Assembly: GCA_963806855.1 (NCBI GenBank)
Contig: CAWDYW010000001.1
Location: 1,312,001-1,376,000 of the forward strand
DNA: 64,000 nt
Direction: 5' to 3'
Origin: an uncultured Verrucomicrobiae bacterium
Lineage (GTDB): Bacteria; Chlamydiota; Chlamydiia; Chlamydiales; Rhabdochlamydiaceae
Shown: one piece after another, positions 1 through 8,017 of the stretch
Layout: every line of letters begins with the position of its first letter
How positions within the stretch are numbered: the first letter of the stretch is position 1
Notes under the pieces: model-generated
Databases searched by the model: none
What the model was told of the DNA's origin: nothing
What the model saw: only the letters and a program-made list of their open reading frames with translations
Position numbers and translations under genes: made by a program

Positions 1-1
1 G

Positions 2-181
2 ACTGTTGATTCGCATGCCGCGTCAGCACGAGAGCTTTTTCATGAGCTCAAAACCCTTCACGGCTTCAAGCTTTCAGAGACTCACGTAAAAGTGGCGATC
101 AATTCCAAAATGGCAAGCTGGGACACCCCTTTTGAGTCTGGAGATACCGTGCTGTTCATCCCGCCTGTCGCAGGAGGTTAA
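2..181 (+). CDS. moaD: MoaD/ThiS-family sulfur carrier protein, 3' part (5' end outside the window)
   Basis: Manual translation ...KVAINSKMASWDTPFESGDTVLFIPPVAGG*, which has the C-terminal PPVxGG signature; lies directly upstream of moeB. Not in the ORF track. Confidence 0.85.
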   Translation, partial: TVDSHAASARELFHELKTLHGFKLSETHVKVAINSKMASWDTPFESGDTVLFIPPVAGG

Positions 182-182
182 C

Positions 183-1220
183 TTGTACTATTCTCGGCAA
201 ATTCTTCTCCCTGAAATAGGCCCTGAAGGGCAGAAAAAACTAGAGAGCGGAAAAGCTCTCGTAGTGGGTGCCGGAGGACTCGGATCCCCTGCTCTTCTCT
301 ACCTCGCAGGAGCCGGAGTTGGGACAGTGGGAATTTGCGACGGAGATCGACTCGAAGAGAGCAATCTCCACCGGCAGCCGATCTATTCTTCTCAAGATCT
401 TTCCAAGCCTAAAGCGGAACTTAGCAAAAGCCGTCTTGCAGAACTCAACCCCAACATCACATTGCACACATACCCCTTTCGGCTGACTGCTGAAAACGCC
501 GCTCATGTGATGGGTGACTATGACATCGTTTTAGATTGCACAGATAATTTTCAGACCAAATTTTTAATCAACGACGCGGCCTATTTCACACGAAAACCCA
601 TCGTACGGGCCAGCATCTATCAGTTTGAAGGACAGATTCAAACCTATCTTCCGCAGCGAGGCGATGCCTGCTTGCGATGCCTCTGGGCTGAAACTCCCCA
701 AGAAGGATGTGTGGGCACATGCAGCCAAGTTGGAGTGTTAGGGCCCGTGCCAGGATTTTTTGGTGTTTTGCAAGCAATCGAAGCTCTGAAGTTTTTTCTC
801 GGCATGCCGATTCTTAAATCAGGCCAGATCCTCTTCTCTGATCTCATCAGCTATACCCAGCAAATCATTACCATTGAGCGTAATCGCCGCTGCCCGTTAT
901 GCGGAGATATTCCAACGATCAAACACCTACACGATAAAGAGCCTTGGGAGCTTCACCCAAGTGAATTAAAAGATGGCCGCTTTCAGCTTATTGATATACG
1001 TGAGCCAGCCGAGACCGACGCTCAGCCTTATCACGGCCCATGCCTCCGTATGCCCCTTAGTACCTTCGTCTCTCATAACCTCCATCCAGAAACCCCTTAT
1101 GCCATCTTCTGTCAAAGAGGAATGAGAAGCGCGCGTCTTGTCCAAGCTTTAAGAAACAAAGGCATGACACATGTCTATTCCGTTATCGGTGGCATTGAAC
1201 AACTTGCCAATAATTCTTAA
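183..1220 (+). CDS. moeB: MoeB/MoeZ-like ThiF adenylyltransferase with C-terminal rhodanese domain
   Basis: YSRQILLPEIG, GAGGLGS, SNLHRQ, two CxxC zinc pairs, rhodanese FCQRGMRS. Likely TTG start at 183 after AGGAGG (track start is 132). Confidence 0.9.
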   Translation: MYYSRQILLPEIGPEGQKKLESGKALVVGAGGLGSPALLYLAGAGVGTVGICDGDRLEESNLHRQPIYSSQDLSKPKAELSKSRLAELNPNITLHTYPFRLTAENAAHVMGDYDIVLDCTDNFQTKFLINDAAYFTRKPIVRASIYQFEGQIQTYLPQRGDACLRCLWAETPQEGCVGTCSQVGVLGPVPGFFGVLQAIEALKFFLGMPILKSGQILFSDLISYTQQIITIERNRRCPLCGDIPTIKHLHDKEPWELHPSELKDGRFQLIDIREPAETDAQPYHGPCLRMPLSTFVSHNLHPETPYAIFCQRGMRSARLVQALRNKGMTHVYSVIGGIEQLANNS

Positions 1221-1262
1221 GTTCATAAGAATGACAAAAAACCCCTAAATTAAGGAGAGGTT

Positions 1263-1553
1263 ATGTCCAAACAAAATGCATTGAAATTCCTGGATAAGAT
1301 AGAAAATGATCCAGCATTTAAGAAAAAGCTCGATGATACCAAAGATACGAAAGCAAGAAAAAAAATTCTTCATGAAGCTCATCTTGACTTCAATAAACAA
1401 GAGTGTGAGGAAGCATTTAAAGAAAAATATAAAAAACCAATGTCAGAAGAACAACTGAAAAAAATCACTGCTGCGGGTGGCAAAGGGATGCCGCGCACAT
1501 TTGAGCAGTACAGAGACTATATTAAATACATTTCCACCGCATTAGAAGAGTAA
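1263..1553 (+). CDS. Nif11-like leader peptide family RiPP precursor
   Basis: N-terminus MSKQNALKFLDKIENDPAFKKKL and MSEEQLKKITAAGG double-glycine motif, followed by a 23-aa tail; strong RBS AAGGAGAGG. Confidence 0.75.
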   Translation: MSKQNALKFLDKIENDPAFKKKLDDTKDTKARKKILHEAHLDFNKQECEEAFKEKYKKPMSEEQLKKITAAGGKGMPRTFEQYRDYIKYISTALEE

Positions 1554-1565
1554 TACTAGTGCACA

Positions 1566-1602
1566 ACCTACTTTTCGTGCCCTTGCCGGACGAAAAGTAG
1601 GT
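1566..1602. terminator. 13-bp stem hairpin between convergent genes
   Basis: ACCTACTTTTCGT...ACGAAAAGTAGGT perfect inverted repeat. Confidence 0.65.
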
Positions 1603-1605
1603 GGT

Positions 1606-2286
1606 CTATCGTCTAGCATCCGTTAATGCAAGTCTAACAACACCTGTAGCACCAGCCAACCCCACAAAACTACCGCACATTCCACCAAAAGATGGCCCTA
1701 AAGGTAGTAGCATTCCCAAACATGCCCCAGTTCCAAGACCACATATAGACCCCACTCCCATACCTGAAAAGAAGCCTGGAATTGCCCCCCCTCCAACCAT
1801 AAAGTTAAATAAGAGTGCAACCCCGCTACTTACACCTGCAATTCCAAATTGCCAAGAGAGAGGCACGGGGTGATCGGGTACATACCAAGAAGTGGCATTG
1901 CATATACTTAAAACTGCAAGTGAGACTCCCAAAATAGATGTGATCATCTGAAAAGTAGGTCTTATTTTGCCATTGTGAATGATTCTATAGGCAACGCTTG
2001 CGGCCGCAGCTCCAACTGCACCTCCGACAAATCCGGGAATGCTGCTTGCTAAAAATGTTTGACCAGAATCAGATGGGCCAGCTAACAAAACCGCAAGTCC
2101 CACAAATGCACCCCCTGCGCCACCCCCGATTAGAAAATCATAAAGGGTATCTTTGAGTGGTTGTGCTCCGAGGATGCCAACTGCTTTTGCATTGACCTCT
2201 CCATCTGTTGGGCTCAACAATTTAATTGCTTCTGCCGGATCACTGCCTAACCTAGATTCACCTGTTGCAATTGCTCTCATCGACAT
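1606..2286 (-). CDS. Gly-rich multi-pass membrane hypothetical protein
   Basis: 226-aa ORF with several hydrophobic glycine-zipper segments; RBS AAGGAG upstream. Confidence 0.65.
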   Translation of the reverse strand: MSMRAIATGESRLGSDPAEAIKLLSPTDGEVNAKAVGILGAQPLKDTLYDFLIGGGAGGAFVGLAVLLAGPSDSGQTFLASSIPGFVGGAVGAAAASVAYRIIHNGKIRPTFQMITSILGVSLAVLSICNATSWYVPDHPVPLSWQFGIAGVSSGVALLFNFMVGGGAIPGFFSGMGVGSICGLGTGACLGMLLPLGPSFGGMCGSFVGLAGATGVVRLALTDARR

Positions 2287-2345
2287 AAACGTTTCTCCTT
2301 CGTAAAGCTGAATAGTCTAACAATCTTGGCTTAATTTGTAACGAG

Positions 2346-4199
2346 CTATGTTATGAAAACTCGGCAGGGGGACTTTTTCAAAATCCGCTCGGTGACCCCA
2401 TCCAGGCCCGCTTCGGGGCGCTCTCTGGATTTTTGCGAGCTGAGGACCAGCAGATCAAACTTTTTGATGTCGAGGTATTGCAAGATCGAAACATCATACT
2501 GACGGCAACGGAGAATCTTCGTCTCCATATCGACCCCAAATTCATTCGCAATAGCTTCGGCCCTTTGGAGGACAGACTCTGCGACGACAACCCGATAGGG
2601 AAGAGGAGCTTCAAGGGGCAGGGAATAGGGCACCCGAATCAGGTAGATCACCGTCAGCTTGGCGTGGTGCATCTTGGCAATTTCACAGGCAAATTGAACC
2701 GTTTCACCATGGTTTCCAAGTTTAGCTGGGACGAGAATCTGTTTCGGTTCGAACGGTTTATATTGAGAAATTTTGATCGTCTCGATCTGCACTTGACCTG
2801 TCGGAGCAAGTTTTTTCTTTCTTCGATAAATCAGGTACATCCCGATCCCTAGGAGCATCCAGGCAAATCCAAGATAGCGCCCCTGAGGCTTTTGCACGAC
2901 GACCAAAACCCATACCCCTAAAGTGGCCAAGGCTCCGATCACTGCAGTGAGCGGGATCGAAATATTCTTCCCGATCTTGATATTAAGCGGTGCGCGGAAG
3001 GGACGCTCAAGATCGGGCTGTTTGATTCGAAGAGCGATAAGAGAGACATGGGCTGAGAAGAATGCAAGCATGGCTCCAAAGTTGTAGAGGTCGGCGAGGA
3101 AATGGAGGTTGCCGCGGCTGGCTAGGATCACAAAAGCAGCGAAGACCGCAAAGATCGCCAGAGATAGCGCCGGAGTGCGGTACCGCTTATTCACCTGATA
3201 AAAAAAGGAGGGCAACTGGTAGAATTCCCCCATGTTGAAGGCCAGACGAGAGGCTCCGAGTAGACCTGCATTGCCGGCGACGAAAAGAAGGGCGGCAGCT
3301 AAAAGTCCGACACAGGGGCCTAAAAAGTGGCTGCCAAAGGGAAGATGGGCGACGATTCCGGCGATCGGGTTGTTCAGATATTCTTTCCCTAGTTGCTGGG
3401 GAGTCAGCAGGCCGAGTCCGACGATGGCAATCGCCATGTAGCTGAAGACGAGCACCCCCATCACAATCATGACTGCCCGCGGGAGCGTTTTGACCGGATT
3501 TTTGGCCTCATTTCCTAGAGCTGCGATAGTCTCGATCCCGGTGTAGGCGACCATCGCCATCGCCGTCCCTTTCCAGAAGTTGCTCCAATCGGGAGACCAG
3601 CTTGCCTGCACATTGATTTTCATATGGGAGAAGACTTCGGCAAAGTCGATTCCACTAAAGAGACCGATAATCAAGATGACTGCCTGCGTGAAAAGGGCAA
3701 AGCCGGTCAGGTAAATACTCACGCGAGTCGATTGATGGGTGCCAAAAAAGTTCATCACAAAAAGAAGACCGATCAGCCCAATTGAAAAACCGATCTGCAC
3801 TGCAGGCTGCCCAAGTCCAGCATAAAGAAAAGTCAAGTAGGAAGAGACAGAGAAGATCGAGATGGCAATCGTCACAATGAAGTCGAGAAGCAAGCCCCAT
3901 CCGGCGGCAAATGAGATCAAATCATTGAAGGCCACGCGGGCAAAGTTGGCCGATCCTCCCGTACCCTTTAGCGCCGCGGTCATTTCCGCATAGGTGAGGC
4001 AGGTGCAGACGAAGACAACGCCAGCTAGCAGTAAAGAGAGCGGTGCAGCTCCCAATGCGAAGAATGCGGTGATGCCGAGCGCATAGAAGATCGACGATCC
4101 TAAATCTCCATAGCTAATTGCAAAAAGGTCGGCGACTCCGAGACGTCGAATTAATGACTCTTTTTCAAAGCGGGGGATCTTTTCAGTCCGAGGGTCCAT
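2346..4199 (-). CDS. APC-family amino acid permease fused to a C-terminal universal stress protein (USP) domain
   Basis: About 12 TM helices, GSSIFY and AYTGIE motifs, then USP-like ILVP...GVTERILKKSPCRVFI. Confidence 0.85.
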   Translation of the reverse strand: MDPRTEKIPRFEKESLIRRLGVADLFAISYGDLGSSIFYALGITAFFALGAAPLSLLLAGVVFVCTCLTYAEMTAALKGTGGSANFARVAFNDLISFAAGWGLLLDFIVTIAISIFSVSSYLTFLYAGLGQPAVQIGFSIGLIGLLFVMNFFGTHQSTRVSIYLTGFALFTQAVILIIGLFSGIDFAEVFSHMKINVQASWSPDWSNFWKGTAMAMVAYTGIETIAALGNEAKNPVKTLPRAVMIVMGVLVFSYMAIAIVGLGLLTPQQLGKEYLNNPIAGIVAHLPFGSHFLGPCVGLLAAALLFVAGNAGLLGASRLAFNMGEFYQLPSFFYQVNKRYRTPALSLAIFAVFAAFVILASRGNLHFLADLYNFGAMLAFFSAHVSLIALRIKQPDLERPFRAPLNIKIGKNISIPLTAVIGALATLGVWVLVVVQKPQGRYLGFAWMLLGIGMYLIYRRKKKLAPTGQVQIETIKISQYKPFEPKQILVPAKLGNHGETVQFACEIAKMHHAKLTVIYLIRVPYSLPLEAPLPYRVVVAESVLQRAEAIANEFGVDMETKILRCRQYDVSILQYLDIKKFDLLVLSSQKSRERPEAGLDGVTERILKKSPCRVFIT

Positions 4200-4213
4200 G
4201 CCCACGTTGTACT

Positions 4214-4378
4214 TTATCGCTTTTTACGAAACAAGGGACAATCTTTGTTCAGGCAATATTTTTGGGAGGCAGGATAGGCAAGTCCGCAACTTGAGCACCA
4301 CCACATATCTGCAGAATGGGTCCTCTCGGAAGCGACAATAGGGGAAAAGATAAAAGCCACTAAAATTAACAGCATCAT
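4214..4378 (-). CDS. 54-aa small exported 4-Cys protein (not in ORF track)
   Basis: Manual translation MMLLILVAFIFSPIVASERTHSADMWWCSSCGLAYPASQKYCLNKDCPLFRKKR; ATGA overlap with the ispH stop; fills the intergenic gap. Confidence 0.6.
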   Translation of the reverse strand: MMLLILVAFIFSPIVASERTHSADMWWCSSCGLAYPASQKYCLNKDCPLFRKKR

Positions 4379-5307
4379 GAACTTACTCCTAACACTTGTT
4401 TGGGGAGTTGGAAAATCACATCCTCTTCAATATAGACCGCCTCTTCGACTTGATCAACCCCATGCAGCTGCAAAAAGTCGATGCAGCTTTGCACCACATC
4501 TTCAGGCGTCGAAGCACCGGCGGTCATCCCGATCGTCTCCACCCCTCTTAACCAATTGAGATCGATCTCGCTGGCATGGTTGATGAGATGGGCAGGGATC
4601 CCCCTCTTTTCAGCCACTTCTCGTAGCCGATTAGAATTGGAACTGAGGATATCGCCGATGACAAGGACAAGATCAACATGATCGCCGATTGATCTAAGGG
4701 CCATCTGCCGGTTGGTTGTCGCATAGCAGATCGATGAGCTAGGGAGAGTCTCTATATGGGGATATTTTCGAATGAGCGCCTCGGTGATCTCCTTTACGTC
4801 ATCAAGACTCAAGGTTGTCTGCGTCGTGTAAAAGAGCTTTTGCTCAGCAGAAAATTGCAGTTTCGCTACATCATCGACCCCTTCGACGATCGTCGTCACA
4901 TCGGGCGCCTCACCAGCTGTTCCGACGATTTCGACATGTTTCCGATGGCCAATCAAAACGATCTGATACCCTTTCTGCGCATATCGCTTGACTGCCGAAT
5001 GGACCTTGGTGACCAGGCCGCAGGTGGCATCGATTTCAATCAGCTGCCGTCCTTTCGCTTGCTCTCGCACTGCCGGAGAGACCCCATGGGCCGAATAGAT
5101 GATCCTCGCGCCAACGGGCACCTCATCGAGATCTTCAATGAAAATCGCCCCTTTTTTGCGCAGGTCTTCGACCACATGCCGATTATGGACAATCTCATGT
5201 TTGACATAGATGGGAGGCCCCCAGAGCTTCAGCGCCTGCTCGACCGTATCGATCGCCCGAACCACCCCTGCGCAAAACCCCCGCGGCTTAGAGAGAAGAA
5301 CTTTCAT
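4375..5307 (-). CDS. ispH: 4-hydroxy-3-methylbut-2-enyl diphosphate reductase
   Basis: RGFCAGV, HEIVHN, SAHG, DATC, ICYATTNRQ, SSNS and TAGASTP motifs. Confidence 0.97.
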   Translation of the reverse strand: MKVLLSKPRGFCAGVVRAIDTVEQALKLWGPPIYVKHEIVHNRHVVEDLRKKGAIFIEDLDEVPVGARIIYSAHGVSPAVREQAKGRQLIEIDATCGLVTKVHSAVKRYAQKGYQIVLIGHRKHVEIVGTAGEAPDVTTIVEGVDDVAKLQFSAEQKLFYTTQTTLSLDDVKEITEALIRKYPHIETLPSSSICYATTNRQMALRSIGDHVDLVLVIGDILSSNSNRLREVAEKRGIPAHLINHASEIDLNWLRGVETIGMTAGASTPEDVVQSCIDFLQLHGVDQVEEAVYIEEDVIFQLPKQVLGVSS

Positions 5308-5417
5308 CTATGAATCCTATTTTTTAGGGAAAAGTTTACCAGAAACCCCATGTTTTGTAAAGAATCACCTATCAATTTTTTTTAATCCAAGTTGCGCCTC
5401 TTAAAATTGGCGGCATA

Positions 5418-5459
5418 TTGACAACATTTCCCTGGTAAATTAATATAAGTATTCTTATA
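5418..5459 (+). promoter_or_regulatory. Sigma66/70-like promoter with overlapping inverted-repeat operator for the TA operon
   Basis: TTGACA-17 nt-TAATAT; TATAAG-TATT-CTTATA palindrome overlaps the -10 box. Confidence 0.55.
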
Positions 5460-5475
5460 ACGAAGAAAGGTTGGA

Positions 5476-5850
5476 ATGGGCACTACACCCACCATAAAAC
5501 AAGTATTATGGGTAAGTTCATCGAAAGGCGACCTGATGGATATGCCGGAAGAAGTGCGGAAGGACTTTGGATATGGCTTGCACCAAGCTCAAATGGGGCA
5601 GCATCCAGATATAGCGGAGCCCCTTAGTGGTTTTGGTGGTGCTAGTGTTTTAGCTCTCAAGTTGAAAGAAATGGGAGAAGAATATCGAGCGATTTACACC
5701 ATTCAATTTAAGGATGCCATAGTTGTACTACACGTCTTTCAAAAAGAAAAGTAAAACTGGGCACGTAACACCAAAGAAAGATATGGATTTAATCCATTCG
5801 AGGCTCAAATTAGCAGAAGGAGTTTATAATGAGTGGAAAAAAAGTAACAC
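5476..5850 (+). CDS. RelE/ParE-superfamily (Gp49/HigB-like) toxin, frameshifted in the A-run at about 5741-5745; 3' end approximate
   Basis: ...YRAIYTIQFKDAIVVLHVFQK continues in another frame as KSKTGHVTPKKDMDLIHSRLKLAE, the usual HxFQKKSK motif. Confidence 0.8.
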
Positions 5851-6273
5851 ATCGAAAAAAAAAGTGATCGACGCACAAAGTACGAAGTCACTACTGGCAA
5901 TATTTTTGAAGACCTCGGCCTAGATCAACCAGCAGAACTGCTGATTAGAGCAAATCTTTTAAACCAAGTTAGCAGTCTTATTAAAGAGAGTGGCCTTTCA
6001 CAAGAAGATGCTGCCATAAAACTGGGTATTACACAGCCCCAGGTTTCTATGTTAGTTGGGGGTCGTCTTTCAGCTTTTAGTACAGACACTTTGCTACACT
6101 ATTTATCAATCATTGGTTGCAACATTCAGATCAAAGTAAATAGGCCCAGATCTCGTAAAGCGATTTTTAGAGATAAAGGGAAAGTTGCAGTCCGTTCAAC
6201 TCCTCCTCGTGTAAAGGCAAAGCCCAAACCTCGTATTAGAAGGGGTCGACTACGCACCTCCATACCCAAATGA
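5829..6273 (+). CDS. XRE/HTH antitoxin (HigA-like), with one frameshift in the A-run near 5855-5863
   Basis: Manual translation GNIFEDLGLDQPAELLIRANLLNQVSSLIKESGLSQEDAAIKLGITQPQVSMLVGGRLSAFSTDTL; ATG at 5829 is in a different frame. Confidence 0.75.
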
Positions 6274-6312
6274 TGCTGGGAAAGGGTCAGTATTGGCGGG
6301 GTATAGATCCAA

Positions 6313-7976
6313 TTAATATTGTGAAGAGGCGCAGCGGAACCCATAGGTGCTGTTCATGACCCCGGGGTTATTCCGATGCCTATGGGAGCAGCGCATATCG
6401 TCTTTAAGACTCTTCCAGCACCCGCCTCTTAGAACACGGTAACCCTTGGGCCGGCCCTTGAGGATTGTCAGGTTCTTGCATCGAAGTCTCATAGTAGAGG
6501 TAGCCATACCAGTCCATGCACCATTCGTAGACATTGCCAGCCACGTCAAAAAGTCCATACCCATTGGCAGGGTAGCTCATCACAGCCGTGGTATCCGAGT
6601 TGAAGAAATTGGCCTGCGACCTTTCGATATCATCCCCTGTCGGAAATTGAGCTCCTTCAAGCCCGCCGTAAGCGGCTGCCTCCCATTCCGCTTCAGTGGG
6701 AAGCCGTTTACCGATCCATTTCGCATAGGCCATCGCCCCATACCAACTGACCCCAACGACCGGATGCTTCGCATAGCCTGGCTCAATCGACAGCTCCCCC
6801 ATTCTTCCGAATGCGGGAGTCGCGCAGTCTAATCATGTCGTTATTCAGCTCATCCTTCTCTGTCCCCATGGCCGTGAGAAAGCGGATAAATTGCTCATTC
6901 ATGATCGGATGGATATCGATAGCAAACGAAGGAATATTGACCGCATGGCGCGGCATTTCATCGCGTGCCCCGTGATTGCTCCCCCTTAAAAGGGTCCCCC
7001 CCTGCACAACCACCATTTCGGTGTGCAGCGGTTCAATTTCATCGACCTCAGTTTTTTGCGGAATGTAAATATGAATCGTTTTCGTGTGATCCTCTTTAAA
7101 GAAATCAGAAAGGAGCAGCGGCCTCTTTTCAGGGTCCACATTCAGACACTGCTTGATCAGGCCATCCCAGTCCCGCTTCAGCTCCAAATTGCATTCAGAC
7201 GGCATCGGGAAAAACCCTTCCGGGAATACCCCGACGAGCAGATAATAGAGTAGGATCCCAAATGAATAGATATCGGCTTTCGCATCGATATCGCGGCTCG
7301 TGACATTCTTCCCCTTTTGCTCTGGAGCTAAGAAAGCATAATATTGAGAAAACCCATCCTGCAATTTCTCTATATTGCCCTCTTCTCCCCTCTCAAAGCC
7401 AGCCTGGAAGGCCATCATCTCCCACAAATGGCGATAGGTGCGGGCCAAGACGGCGCCAATTCCCACAATGCGCGAGAGTCCAAAATCGGCAATTTTCGCC
7501 CCCACACCCTCTTCGCTTTTCTCAATGAGGATATTATTGAATTTTAAACCCCTATGGGCCAGTGGCTCATCGCCAAAGTTTTTCTGATGTGCATAGTCGA
7601 GTGCAGCGGCGACCTGCATGGCGATCGTCCAAATCTCCTCTTCACTCAACTTTTTTTCTTTCTCAAGATATTGAGTCAAGGTGATGGCATTAGGGAATGC
7701 TTCGGTAACTAAAAAAACCTTATCCTCTGCGCAAGAGACATTGACAATTTTGACGATATGGGGATGGTCCAAAGTCCCCAGAAGAGCGACCTCCGTTTCA
7801 AACCTTTGGATGAAGCTGCTATTTTCAGAGAGTTCGGTGGGAAGAATTTTCAGGACGAACAGCTTCTTCAAGAACCGGTGCTGAGTGAGGTAGACCTTAC
7901 CGAGCATCCCCTCACCCAATTCCTTTAAGATGATGTAATCACCCAATATTGCGTTTGTTACTTGTTCTGCACACAT
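6313..7976 (-). CDS. pkn1: Ser/Thr kinase-like domain fused to an FGE-sulfatase (SUMF1) domain, split by two frameshifts (about 6798 and 6442)
   Basis: Kinase motifs [20 protein letters not shown] motifs [36 protein letters not shown] spread over three consecutive ORFs. Confidence 0.85.
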
Positions 7977-8017
7977 CTTCCACCACCTATTTTTCTATGG
8001 TGAACGTTCTCTCCTTT

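Noticed and set aside
1601..1873. Pro-rich 90-aa ORF after the Nif11 gene
   Set aside because: It is the antisense reading of the Gly-rich 1606-2286 gene and starts inside the hairpin.
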